Shown: piece after piece, positions 9,902 through 19,528 of the stretch | How the letters are laid out: every line of letters starts with the position of its first letter | Numbering within the stretch: position 1 is the stretch's first letter | Assembly (NCBI GenBank): GCA_017459135.1 | Contig: JAFSZR010000050.1 | Span: 1 to 47,084, forward strand | DNA: 47,084 bases | Direction: 5' to 3' | DNA from: Lachnospiraceae bacterium | Lineage (GTDB): Bacteria; Bacillota; Clostridia; Lachnospirales; Lachnospiraceae | The notes under the pieces: generated by a model | The model's database searches: none | What the model was told of the DNA's origin: nothing | The model's input: only the letters and a program-made list of their open reading frames with translations | Translations under genes and position numbers: made by a program

Positions 9902-10756
9902 TTATGTTAAAATCTCATCAATGTATCTACCTTTTCCCCTATATTGCCTTTTTGCTAATTTGACTTTATCATTACCAAGTTTTGACTCTTCAAGTCTTAC
10001 ATTTTTATAATATTCCCTTTCTTTATTAGATATATAACATCGTTCCAATAATTTTAATTGAGATACTGCTTTTTCGCTTATAAAGATATACTGCATTCCA
10101 AGATTTGTTGCCGCAAGGCAATGCTTACATTGTTCATCCGTGAGTTCACCCGCAATAAAAGAATTAATAATTTGAAACATACGATTATCCGCAATCGGTG
10201 CAATTATGTAATCACACTTTCGAGATTTCTCTATCAACGACTTAATTACCGGATGTTCCTTATACTCATCCAAAGTTCCTCTGTAATAAGCAATAGTCAT
10301 CATCCATTCCTGATTTACTTCATATCTCTTGCATTTTAAATTTTTATCATTAAATCTAATTAAGTAAACAGACGAATCATGAAAACCCGATACAAAAGAT
10401 ATTGCTTGTTCATAGCTTTCTCCCGTGTAGAATCCCTGTCCGAAGTCATTATTAGGTCTGCCTTTTTTTATATCTATATCACCGACAATTTCACTTTTTG
10501 ATCCATGAAAGAGCAATTTTTCATTTATAATTAAATCATCTCTCCATAGCATTTCCTTTAATTTATTTATCTTAATATTTTTATCAAATGCAAATGAATA
10601 TAAACTCTCCAACAATTTTATAGATGGCTCTGTTTTTTTTGATTCATTTCTCGATACAGTTACCTGTTCCACACCAAGTTGTTCTGCAAGCTCATTTTGT
10701 GAAAGTCCTAATATTTCCCTAATTGACTTTAAATCCTCAGAAAAATTATATTTCAC
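9902..10756 (-). CDS. XRE HTH - DUF3990 fusion protein
   Basis: N-terminal HTH (LSQNELAEQLGVEQVTVSRNE); LFHGS...NDFGQGFYT and DYIIAPIADNR typical of DUF3990; GTG start with GGAGGTG. Confidence 0.8.
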   Translation of the reverse strand: MKYNFSEDLKSIREILGLSQNELAEQLGVEQVTVSRNESKKTEPSIKLLESLYSFAFDKNIKINKLKEMLWRDDLIINEKLLFHGSKSEIVGDIDIKKGRPNNDFGQGFYTGESYEQAISFVSGFHDSSVYLIRFNDKNLKCKRYEVNQEWMMTIAYYRGTLDEYKEHPVIKSLIEKSRKCDYIIAPIADNRMFQIINSFIAGELTDEQCKHCLAATNLGMQYIFISEKAVSQLKLLERCYISNKEREYYKNVRLEESKLGNDKVKLAKRQYRGKGRYIDEILT

Positions 10757-10934
10757 AACAAATCACCTCCAACTTATTTATAACACATTACTTAAACAAG
10801 TTCAACAACTACTTCATTTTCTCAATCAACCCGGTCATGATTCTTAAGCGAAAGTACCATCACATATATTCCGGTATAAACAAACCCCAAATACCCACAT
10901 ATTGAATTGTCAAAAGAGTATAATACATATTAAT

Positions 10935-12827
10935 CTAAAACCCCCAAAATTGAAATAATCTCCAATATACAATGCCTGTAATAATAAATAAACTGCAGAA
11001 ATGCTCTATCCAAAGAACAACTCCCGCCTTTCCGTCTTTTTTTACTCTGCACAAGATATTCAGTACTATAAGTATGAGCGACAACAAAGCATTCAGAACA
11101 CATGTTGTAATAACAACGACTCTGCTACTTATTTCAAAATGTGCGAGAAGCAAAAGTGATATCAAAATCGCAGCACTTGTAATACCCATCAACAGCTCAG
11201 TCTTTTTAAAGGCTGCTTCGGATGATTTCCTATACTTTCCGAATCTTATCAAATTAAATATCAAAAGAAGTATCATTATAGCTAATCCAAGGAAGATTAA
11301 GATAATTGTTCCCCATCCCATAATTCGCCTCAGCAAACTGACCTTTATAAAGTCTACCGATTTATTCTCAAGTCCTTTAAAATCACCGTCAGCGTCGGTT
11401 TTAATGTAATAAATATATTCTCTTCCCGTAACCAGTCTTACAAGCACTTCCCTTTCAGATATCTGAACCATCTCTTCAATACCATTGGTTCCGGTGTATT
11501 TTTCTCCTTTGGAAACCACTTTAAGATTATCATCAAAAAATGAACATATTTTAAAACATCCCGTCGCAAACATTCCACCGCTCATAGTGTAATTTCCGGC
11601 AAGATTATACTTCTTGAAATCACCTGCGACAGCATCAGAATAGTCCGCTTTTCCATATAACAGTTCCGGTAATTCACCTTTATAGTTTACATCTCCTCTA
11701 AGATTAATCATCATTACAAAGCCGGTTTTGTTTTCCCGGTCAAATTTCATAAGCGATGAGAATCCTTCTGTATTTCCTCCGTGTCCTAAAAGCAACGATC
11801 CGTATTGTTCCGCAAAAAGCCCATGGCAGAAACGAGGTGTCTTTCCATCCGCATAATATTTGGATGGTGAAAGCATTTCATCAAGCGTAGTTTTGTTTTC
11901 AAATAACGGACAGTCTTCTCCATCACACAAAAAAGCCTCTGCAAAGATTGCTAAATCAGATATTGTTCCGCATGCTGAACCGGCAGGATAAAGATGAATA
12001 TAACGTCTGCATTCTCCGAGAGATTTAAGTTCTCCGTTTTCCGAAATAATATAACAATGCGTTTCTTTACGTTTTTTTGCAACCCATTCATTATCCGAAC
12101 AATCCGGTCGAATCGATGTATGTTTCATGCCGAGCTTATCAAAGATGTTTATTCTCACATAATCAGCATAATCCATACCGCTGACGCATTCTATCACATA
12201 TCCGGCAAGGGCGGCACCGTAATTTGAATATGCAACAATTTCCCCGGGACGATACGCCTGTGCGGGTGCTATTTCTTTTAGAGCCTCTTCAAGTGTCATA
12301 AGCTCATCAATGTTTTCACATTCCATATCTTTATACGGTGACATAAAACCCGCATCATGATTCATCAGATTCAACATTGTAATCGGCTCATCATATTTAA
12401 GATTATCCAAAAAACCCTTTGGCAGATAATTGCGAATATCCGCCTCAAGATCCAGTTTTCCCTGTTCATACAACTGCATCGCACTGACCCATATCAGCAC
12501 CTTGCTGATTGACCCCCATTCAAACACGGTATCTTCATCCGCATAAACATCTCCCTCAATATCATTCTTTCCGTAAACAACATTGCAGATATCTCCATCC
12601 GAACTAAAAGCACAAACCGCCACCGCAGGTGTAATTTTCTCTTTCTCTTCTATAAATCCCCTGATTATTTCTTCAACATCATCTGATGAAGCGGTACCAA
12701 AAGAGGCTTTTTTCGTGTCTTCTTCCTCTTTTGAATAAGTCGGCAAAATTACTGTTGAAGTAAATGTAATAATAAGAATAATAAGAAAAACCATTATTCG
12801 TTTATTATGCAAAAATCTTTTATTCAT
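10935..12827 (-). CDS. Membrane-anchored serine hydrolase, beta-lactamase class C/PBP family
   Basis: SxxK (GSISK), YxN (YSN), HGG motifs; N-terminal signal anchor and about four C-terminal TM helices; ATG 12827 follows GGGAGGG. Confidence 0.88.
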   Translation of the reverse strand: MNKRFLHNKRIMVFLIILIITFTSTVILPTYSKEEEDTKKASFGTASSDDVEEIIRGFIEEKEKITPAVAVCAFSSDGDICNVVYGKNDIEGDVYADEDTVFEWGSISKVLIWVSAMQLYEQGKLDLEADIRNYLPKGFLDNLKYDEPITMLNLMNHDAGFMSPYKDMECENIDELMTLEEALKEIAPAQAYRPGEIVAYSNYGAALAGYVIECVSGMDYADYVRINIFDKLGMKHTSIRPDCSDNEWVAKKRKETHCYIISENGELKSLGECRRYIHLYPAGSACGTISDLAIFAEAFLCDGEDCPLFENKTTLDEMLSPSKYYADGKTPRFCHGLFAEQYGSLLLGHGGNTEGFSSLMKFDRENKTGFVMMINLRGDVNYKGELPELLYGKADYSDAVAGDFKKYNLAGNYTMSGGMFATGCFKICSFFDDNLKVVSKGEKYTGTNGIEEMVQISEREVLVRLVTGREYIYYIKTDADGDFKGLENKSVDFIKVSLLRRIMGWGTIILIFLGLAIMILLLIFNLIRFGKYRKSSEAAFKKTELLMGITSAAILISLLLLAHFEISSRVVVITTCVLNALLSLILIVLNILCRVKKDGKAGVVLWIEHFCSLFIITGIVYWRLFQFWGF

Positions 12828-12895
12828 ATCTACCCTCCCCCTGTTACATCGTTTATATAGCTGCAATACTATATTTTCTAATTTCTTCTCCGAGC

Positions 12896-14320
12896 TTAAT
12901 ATAATCTGTCTTCTCGCTCAAACAACGCGATGGTTTCGACATTTCTTGTGCAAGGGAACTGGTCGACGCAGCAGGCTTTTACAAGCTTATATCCTCGCTC
13001 GTTCATAATCTTTAAGTCGCGTGCAAGTGACGTCGGTTTGCAGGAAATATAAACAATTTTATCAACACCGAAATCAAGTATTTTATCAAGTGCCTTTGGA
13101 TTGATGCCGTCTCTCGGCGGGTCAACCACTATAAAGTCAGGCTTATCTTCCACAAGATCGATGGCCTTTAGCACATCTCCGGCTATAAATTCACAATTAG
13201 AAAGACCGTTTTGCGCAGCATTTTCCTTCGCAGCCTCAACCGCTTCTTCCACTATCTCTATTCCGATTACCTTTTCGGAAACCTTAGCCATCATCTGTGC
13301 TATGGTTCCGGTACCGCTGTATAAATCAAAAACAACTTTTCCGTCGGAAGCATCGGCTATATATTCGCGGGCCTTTTCATATAAAACCTCGCAGCCCTTT
13401 GTATTTGTCTGAAAAAATGAAAATGGTGATATCTTGAATTTCAGTCCGATTACCTCTTCGGTTATATAGTCTTTTCCATACAGGCAGACGATTTTATCAC
13501 ATTTTACGACATCTCCGAGTGTATCATTTTCGGTATATAATATGCCTGCTATCTTTCCGCCTTCAGTCAATTCTCCTGAGTTTTCCAGTCCAACAAGCCC
13601 GTCCGAATATTCTTTTAATGTCTTTTCGCAATCAAAACCAAATTCACTCCATTGCGTTGATGTAACAAGATTTATCAAAAACTCTCCCGTTGCAAAAGAT
13701 TGTCTAACTACCAGATTTCTCAAAATTCCGTTATGAGACATTCTGTGATAATAAGGTACTTTTCTTTCGTCAAAAAACGAGAGCGTGTAGCTTACTATTT
13801 TGTGCCAGTCTGAATTTATAATCTCGCAACCTGCTCCGGAACAAACGCTGACTATATCATGGAAGCTTCCTTTTTTATGAAGACCCAAAGCAAGCGGTCC
13901 GTCTTTATATTCGTCTCCGAAGGTAAATTCCATCTTGTTACGGTAGCCCTTTTGTTTCGGCGAAGCAATTATGCCCTCCCATGTATAATCAATGTCGGGA
14001 ATCGCCTTGTCAATAAGCTTCTTGACCAGACCTTCTTTAAATTTAAGCTGGTTTTCGTAGGATAAATTCTGATATGCACACCCTCCGCAAATGCCGAAAA
14101 ACTCGCAGCTTGGCTCTACATCTTCCAAGTCAGATTTCTCAAGCACCTCAAGAAGTCTGCCCTCCGCCATACCGGCCTTTTTCTTTGATATCGAAAATTT
14201 AACCTTCTGCCCCGGCATAGTCTCCTTCACAGTAACCTTTCTGTCCTCGATAAAAAGACTCCCCTTATTCGGAAAATCAAATTCTTCAATATATCCCTCG
14301 TATATTTCACCTTTTTTCAT
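12896..14320 (-). CDS. rlmD: 23S rRNA (uracil-C5)-methyltransferase RlmD/RumA
   Basis: TRAM domain, CxxxxxCGGC Fe-S motif, YRNKMEF, SFFQTN, DLYSGTGTI, DPPRDG, YISC. Confidence 0.93.
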   Translation of the reverse strand: MKKGEIYEGYIEEFDFPNKGSLFIEDRKVTVKETMPGQKVKFSISKKKAGMAEGRLLEVLEKSDLEDVEPSCEFFGICGGCAYQNLSYENQLKFKEGLVKKLIDKAIPDIDYTWEGIIASPKQKGYRNKMEFTFGDEYKDGPLALGLHKKGSFHDIVSVCSGAGCEIINSDWHKIVSYTLSFFDERKVPYYHRMSHNGILRNLVVRQSFATGEFLINLVTSTQWSEFGFDCEKTLKEYSDGLVGLENSGELTEGGKIAGILYTENDTLGDVVKCDKIVCLYGKDYITEEVIGLKFKISPFSFFQTNTKGCEVLYEKAREYIADASDGKVVFDLYSGTGTIAQMMAKVSEKVIGIEIVEEAVEAAKENAAQNGLSNCEFIAGDVLKAIDLVEDKPDFIVVDPPRDGINPKALDKILDFGVDKIVYISCKPTSLARDLKIMNERGYKLVKACCVDQFPCTRNVETIALFEREDRLY

Positions 14321-14366
14321 ATTTATATCCTTTTCATAAATTTAATCTAAACCTATCAGTATGTAA

Positions 14367-14507
14367 GGCTTGAATATATAAGACAAATCCAAAAGCAGGT
14401 ACTTTGAAGACGTCGGTACTTAGCGAGGTTTTTTCGAGCTTAGAACCGTTACGTCTGAGAGTAGCGCAAGCGTGCCTGCGTTGGATTTAGTCTTATATAT
14501 TCAAGCC
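14367..14507 (+). repeat. Nested palindromic intergenic element A (structured RNA or REP/MITE-like)
   Basis: Perfect 18-bp arms GGCTTGAATATATAAGAC/GTCTTATATATTCAAGCC, then AAATCCAA/TTGGATTT, GCAGGTAC/GTGCCTGC, AGACGT/ACGTCT, CGGT/ACCG; shares core motifs with 31781..32089. Confidence 0.85.
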
Positions 14508-14513
14508 GTATAT

Positions 14514-14996
14514 TTAAATGGAATGCAACTCATAAGATACCCCATCAAAATCATCGATGTCGATAATAGCGTATGTTTTTTTACGGTCGTCCTGCCTTGG
14601 AAGAGAAATGCTTCCCGGGTTTAAGATGGTTACATCATCGGGATTTTCATCGAGAAACGGAACGTGGGTATGTCCGTAAAGAGCTATATCACATTCGTTT
14701 TGAAGTGCATTGTATCTTAAGGTAGATAAGCCCATGCTGACACCTTCTCTGTGACCGTGAGTCACATATATCATGTGTTCTCCAAACATAAGCATCATCC
14801 TGTCCTTAAGTTCCGGAATATAGTCCGTATTTCCGGCAACTATATAGGTCGGCACTCGTGACATACTCTCTATCTCATGATAGCTGTAGCCGACATCACC
14901 AAGATGAATAAGTGCATCTATTTTACCGGCGGATTCTATAGCCTTTTTTACATTTTCATTTTTTCCGTGCGAATCGCTTACTACAAGTATTCTCAT
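14514..14996 (-). CDS. YfcE/YsnB-family metallophosphoesterase
   Basis: SDSHG, HLGD, AGNTD, THGH, GHTH, NPGS motifs. Confidence 0.93.
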   Translation of the reverse strand: MRILVVSDSHGKNENVKKAIESAGKIDALIHLGDVGYSYHEIESMSRVPTYIVAGNTDYIPELKDRMMLMFGEHMIYVTHGHREGVSMGLSTLRYNALQNECDIALYGHTHVPFLDENPDDVTILNPGSISLPRQDDRKKTYAIIDIDDFDGVSYELHSI

Positions 14997-15048
14997 ACAA
15001 CCTCACACAATCAATTTAGTATTTTAACTCATTTTTCAAAAAACTATT

Positions 15049-15639
15049 TTAAATAATCTCCTTAATTGCTCTTAAAGCATTGCCTCTGTGGCTTAAGTTG
15101 TTCTTTTCTTCAGGCGGAATCTCAGCGGTTGTCTTGCCAAGTTCCGGTACGTAAAATATCGGGTCGTAACCGAAGCCGTTATCTCCGGCAGGCTCATATG
15201 CAATTCTTCCCTCTATGGTTCCGCGTCTTGTCTCAACTCTTCCGTCCGGAAATGCTGCGGCAATTGCACAAACGAAACGAGCGGTTCTTTGCTCATCCGG
15301 AACACCGTTAAGTCTTTCAATAATTATGCGGTTCTTTATCTCATAAGGAGTATCTACACCCTCATATCTTGCCGAATATATTCCCGGTTCTTTATTCAGA
15401 TAATCAACCTCAAGTCCACTGTCATCGGCAAGAACTATACAGCCCTCAGCCTCCTTAACCTTGGAAATAGCGGTTGCCTTGATAATCGCATTTTCCTCAA
15501 ATGTTTTACCGTCCTCAACGATGTCTATATCGATTCCCGCCTGCTTCATGGATAAAATCTCATAATCCTCGCCTGCAAGAATCATTCTGATTTCCTTCAT
15601 TTTATCTTCGTTTCCCGTTGCAAAAATAATCTTTTTCAT
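15049..15639 (-). CDS. rdgB: Non-canonical purine NTP pyrophosphatase (RdgB/HAM1)
   Basis: ATGN, TFEENA, ADDSGL, PGIYSARY, GFGYDPIF, SHRGNA. Confidence 0.95.
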   Translation of the reverse strand: MKKIIFATGNEDKMKEIRMILAGEDYEILSMKQAGIDIDIVEDGKTFEENAIIKATAISKVKEAEGCIVLADDSGLEVDYLNKEPGIYSARYEGVDTPYEIKNRIIIERLNGVPDEQRTARFVCAIAAAFPDGRVETRRGTIEGRIAYEPAGDNGFGYDPIFYVPELGKTTAEIPPEEKNNLSHRGNALRAIKEII

Positions 15640-15700
15640 ATTTTTTCCTTTCCGTAACCTTATATTTCTATCATCAAAGCTTAGTTTTCTAAAACACTTT

Positions 15701-17434
15701 CTATTCTTTATCTATCTCGTCCTCGCCGCCGTCCGAAACATAATTTGTAAACGCTTTAAGACATACATTACAATTCTGGGTTTCTTCGGCATTGTGCCAG
15801 ATTTCTCCGTAAAGGCTTATATAACCCTCTCCATCCGATATATCAAAATTCTTGGTTCGTTCATCCACATCATACTCTATCGCAATCGGATGTATAGCCT
15901 TTGGTGTATGAATCTTAACAACCACAGCGTATTTACTCTTATCCGAAAGACGTATCGGTTCCGGCATTCTTACGGTGTAATATCCCGCATATTTCATACT
16001 TCCCGAAATCAAAAGCTTCCTGTTTTCAAATGAAGACTCGTCTTTAAAATTCTGAACCAGATAAACCTCAAAGCTCGTATCCTTATCCGTAGCATAAAAT
16101 GAAACCGCCGCAAGCTCTTCATTTTCATCCGTTTCATATACGTTTGCAAAGTACGCATCCTCTTTGTTAAAGCCCATAAGACCGACCCAGCCGAGCATAT
16201 CCGACTGATATATTTTATCAAAATTATCGGCATTTCCTACTCTTGTATAGACAACCGATTTGTTGCAGATTACCGTATCAAAATATGATACGTAAAAATA
16301 ACCGTCATCACCGAATTCCTCACCCCAGCTGTTCTTGCAAATAAATGCACCGTTACCTTCAGGTTCGATGGTGAAGTTTTCCTTAGGATAATTATCGTCC
16401 CAGCCTACAACAACGATATCGTGATTGGCGCCTTCCTCGCCGTCATAATAATATGCCGAGTTTTCACGCGAGTAATATTTTGAAAAACTGTCCACGTATT
16501 CCATCTGACAGTAAATAGATGTCTCAACCGCACCGTATCTGAATATCGCACTCTTGAGATTGTACATATCCTTGCCGTTTATTATAAGCGCTTCCTCAAG
16601 GTGTTTAACCGCCTCAAGCGACGAGTCAGTTACTCCGTCCCCGTATGGATCGTCTTTTTCATAAACAGGTCCCTGCCATGCAGCCAAATAGGCAATACTC
16701 ATCGTATGCTCACCGCCAATATCAACATCAAGATTATAGCTGTTGGCAAGTGTCATATTGTCCGTTGAAAACTCCTCATACTCCATAGGAAGGAGTGTTG
16801 TCTCTAGCGCTCCAAGCGAAGCAAATGCCCAGCAGGTTCCGTATCTTCCCTGATCTCGTACCTTAGTAACTCTGCCGTAATCTCTCATGTCGTAGCTTGC
16901 AGGCAAAACATTTTCCTTGCCGAACAATGCCAAATCAACATGATTATCATAGTAATAATAATCCACATGATAATTAAGAAATTCCGCAACCTCATCTAAG
17001 GGAATCATAAGCTTGCCGGTCTTTTCATCAACCGATACGGGTGTTTCAATCTTTATATCTTCATGTCCGTTTGCAAAAGCTTTGTCCGCACCTATCCCAA
17101 TTTCAAGCTTGTTATTACCTTTCATAATAAGAACTCTTCCGTCAGGATATTCCCAAACCGAACAGTTAAGCAGGCTTTTAAGAAAATCGGCTTCAACAAC
17201 AAGTTTCATGGCATCACTGACATAACTCTCGTAGCCGAATTCCTCCATGCTTATACCGTTTACGGTAACAACCAGCCCTTCATTGAATCTCTCAACCATA
17301 TCCGTTTTGAAACTTGTTGCACACTCAGAAAAGTCCTCCGAAGTATCAACCATAACAACCTGTTTTCTGGTTGCAAAATATGTAATTGTAAATGCCGCAG
17401 CTATAACCGCAAGAAATACAAATACCTTTTTCAT
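15701..17434 (-). CDS. Secreted/membrane-anchored papain-family (C1A) cysteine peptidase with copper-amine-oxidase-N-like and lectin-like domains
   Basis: QGRYGTCWAF catalytic Cys, NHDIVVVGW His, KNSWG Asn; hydrophobic N-terminus; ends NVCLKAFT. Confidence 0.88.
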   Translation of the reverse strand: MKKVFVFLAVIAAAFTITYFATRKQVVMVDTSEDFSECATSFKTDMVERFNEGLVVTVNGISMEEFGYESYVSDAMKLVVEADFLKSLLNCSVWEYPDGRVLIMKGNNKLEIGIGADKAFANGHEDIKIETPVSVDEKTGKLMIPLDEVAEFLNYHVDYYYYDNHVDLALFGKENVLPASYDMRDYGRVTKVRDQGRYGTCWAFASLGALETTLLPMEYEEFSTDNMTLANSYNLDVDIGGEHTMSIAYLAAWQGPVYEKDDPYGDGVTDSSLEAVKHLEEALIINGKDMYNLKSAIFRYGAVETSIYCQMEYVDSFSKYYSRENSAYYYDGEEGANHDIVVVGWDDNYPKENFTIEPEGNGAFICKNSWGEEFGDDGYFYVSYFDTVICNKSVVYTRVGNADNFDKIYQSDMLGWVGLMGFNKEDAYFANVYETDENEELAAVSFYATDKDTSFEVYLVQNFKDESSFENRKLLISGSMKYAGYYTVRMPEPIRLSDKSKYAVVVKIHTPKAIHPIAIEYDVDERTKNFDISDGEGYISLYGEIWHNAEETQNCNVCLKAFTNYVSDGGEDEIDKE

Positions 17435-17487
17435 AAAATCAATCCTGATATTATCATTTTCAATAATTAATATAAATACACCGTCAT

Positions 17488-18672
17488 TCAGATATTATTC
17501 TCATCTGCACGTCTGCTATCCTTATCTTTTCTCGGTGGCTTAGGTCCCATAAACTGATAAAAATACGATTTAATCATACCATTATAAATCTTTCTGTTTT
17601 TATCAGCCTTTCTTCCTATATACTTTTCTGCCTCATCATAAGATGTAATAAGATACATCGACCAGTCCGGAAGCCTTTTAAAGCTTTCTCCGATAGTTCT
17701 GTAAAGTTCCGGCAAATCCTTTCTCTCCTCAAGTCTTTCACCGTAAGGAGGGTTTGTAATTATAAATCCATAATGCTTCGGATTATTCAAATCCTTTACG
17801 TCTCTTGCCTGAAAATGTATATATTTGTCAACTCCCGCCTCACGCGCATTTGTCATGGCACATTTTACGATTTCGGGATCCAGATCATAGCCCTGAATAT
17901 TCATTTCGACATCGGTTCTTATCATATCATGCGCTTCGTCATAGGCATTGTACCAGATTTTTTTTGAAATGACTTTCTCCCATGCATCCGCCGTAAACTC
18001 ACGGTTCATCCCCGGTGCAACATTTGCACCTATCATAGCCGCCTCAATCGGAAATGTACCGCTTCCACAAAACGGATCGACCAGCACTCTGTCCTTATTC
18101 CATGGAGTAAGCATAAGCAGTGCCGATGCAAGTGTCTCGGAAATCGGAGCCTTGCCGACAAGCTGTCTGTATCCGCGCTTATGAAGCGATGTGCCCGATG
18201 TATCGATTCCGATTGAAACCATATCCTTAAATATAAATACTCTTATCGGATACTCAGCACCGTCCTCTTCAAAACGGCTCACACGATAAGTCTGTTTCAT
18301 CCTGTCAACAATTGCTTTTTTTACAATCGACTGAATGGAACTTCCGGCAAAAAGTGCGCTCTTGTTGGTCGTTGCCTTTGTTACCCAGAATTTTGCATCT
18401 CTCGGAAGATACTCTTCCCAAGGCAGAGCCTTTGTGCCTTCAAAAAGCTCATCAAAAGTAACCGCCTTAAAACTTCCCATATTTAAAAGGATTCTTTCGG
18501 CAGTTCTTATAAATATATTTGCACGCGGAATGGCGGTTTCATCACCTTTAAACGTAACTCTTCCGTCCTCCACCGAGACTATTTCATAACCAAGGTCGGT
18601 TATCTCTCTTTTAAGCACCGATTCAAGCCCGAAATGGCAGGGTGCTATAAGTTCAAATTTTTTATCGTTCAT
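17488..18672 (-). CDS. THUMP-domain 23S rRNA m2G methyltransferase (RlmL/YpsC family)
   Basis: LHKRGYR, APISETLA, DPFCGSGT, TNPPYGER. Confidence 0.92.
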   Translation of the reverse strand: MNDKKFELIAPCHFGLESVLKREITDLGYEIVSVEDGRVTFKGDETAIPRANIFIRTAERILLNMGSFKAVTFDELFEGTKALPWEEYLPRDAKFWVTKATTNKSALFAGSSIQSIVKKAIVDRMKQTYRVSRFEEDGAEYPIRVFIFKDMVSIGIDTSGTSLHKRGYRQLVGKAPISETLASALLMLTPWNKDRVLVDPFCGSGTFPIEAAMIGANVAPGMNREFTADAWEKVISKKIWYNAYDEAHDMIRTDVEMNIQGYDLDPEIVKCAMTNAREAGVDKYIHFQARDVKDLNNPKHYGFIITNPPYGERLEERKDLPELYRTIGESFKRLPDWSMYLITSYDEAEKYIGRKADKNRKIYNGMIKSYFYQFMGPKPPRKDKDSRRADENNI

Positions 18673-18713
18673 ATATTTACCCTTCTAATCTATAGATACG
18701 CATTATCCATTTC

Positions 18714-18742
18714 ATTTTAAATGTCTTGCTATATGGTGTCAA
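18714..18742 (-). promoter_or_regulatory. Sigma-A promoter of the RlmL-type operon
   Basis: TTGACA-N17-TAAAAT. Confidence 0.7.
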
Positions 18743-18862
18743 GGGCGACCTTTTAACATTTCGACACTTTTAAAATATGAAAAAATCTCCACATTGTCAC
18801 TCTCCATTATTTGATGAATATTTTAAAGTAAGGGATAAATTCTTAAAAAGGAGGCGGACATT

Positions 18863-19171
18863 TTGAGATTTCGTAATATTAATATTAGGAACATCATAAA
18901 TGAAGCGGTTAATAACGAAGGAATAATTGTAGACGTAAGAGAATGGGAAGAATTTGCTAACGGTCACATCCCTATGGCTGTAAATCTGCCTCTTTCGGAT
19001 ATAGAAAACGGCAAAGCAGGCTTACCAAAGAACAAGGTTATCATTGTTTATTGCGAACACGGAAGCAGCAGTATGATGGCTGCCCGCATTCTTGCGGACA
19101 GAGGATATAATGTTATAAATGCAGTAGGCGGCATCAGAAATTACAGGGGTGCCCTGACAAAAAGAAGATAA
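18863..19171 (+). CDS. Rhodanese-like domain protein
   Basis: VDVRE, GHIP, YCEHG active Cys, GG motif; TTG start after AAGGAGG. Confidence 0.9.
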   Translation: MRFRNINIRNIINEAVNNEGIIVDVREWEEFANGHIPMAVNLPLSDIENGKAGLPKNKVIIVYCEHGSSSMMAARILADRGYNVINAVGGIRNYRGALTKRR

Positions 19172-19225
19172 ATTTTATATTTGATGTATATATCTTCCAA
19201 TTTGTGTCCATAATTAGAGTGTAAG

Positions 19226-19254
19226 GCATACAAGGATAATGCCAAAACATATTG
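19226..19254 (+). promoter_or_regulatory. Possible forespore sigma-G-type promoter
   Basis: GCATA-N17-CATATTG just upstream of the SD of the 48-aa ORF. Confidence 0.5.
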
Positions 19255-19275
19255 ACATAATAAGGAGGAATATAT

Positions 19276-19422
19276 ATGTCATCAAAAAACCAGAACAAAA
19301 ATCAGGCTGCAAACAGCAACAAGAACAGCCAGACAAACAGTTCAAACTCAAACGGAAGCAACAACCAGACAAATACTCAGGGTAACAACACAAAGGATAC
19401 AAGTTCCGAAGACTGCAACTAA
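19276..19422 (+). CDS. 48-aa Asn/Gln/Ser-rich small protein, possibly a spore storage protein
   Basis: TAAGGAGG SD; MSSKNQNKNQAANSNKNSQTNSSNSNGSNNQTNTQGNNTKDTSSEDCN; followed by a strong terminator; below the ORF-track cutoff. Confidence 0.8.
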   Translation: MSSKNQNKNQAANSNKNSQTNSSNSNGSNNQTNTQGNNTKDTSSEDCN

Positions 19423-19447
19423 TTACGATAGATAAATAACAAAATTT

Positions 19448-19482
19448 TACCGCAGACAGGTTTATGTCTGCGGTATTTTTTT
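19448..19482 (+). terminator. Intrinsic terminator
   Basis: 11-bp stem TACCGCAGACA/TGTCTGCGGTA followed by a T run. Confidence 0.85.
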
Positions 19483-19528
19483 ATCTTTTTTTCACTATTT
19501 TTTTCATAAAAGTTTTTTCAACATATAA

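Noticed and set aside
14367-14507. Autonomous IS element
   Set aside because: No transposase and no clear target-site duplication; retained as a non-coding structured repeat
19214-19402. 62-aa Cys-rich minus-strand ORF
   Set aside because: Reverse complement of the AAC/CAG-rich 48-aa plus-strand gene, which has the SD and terminator
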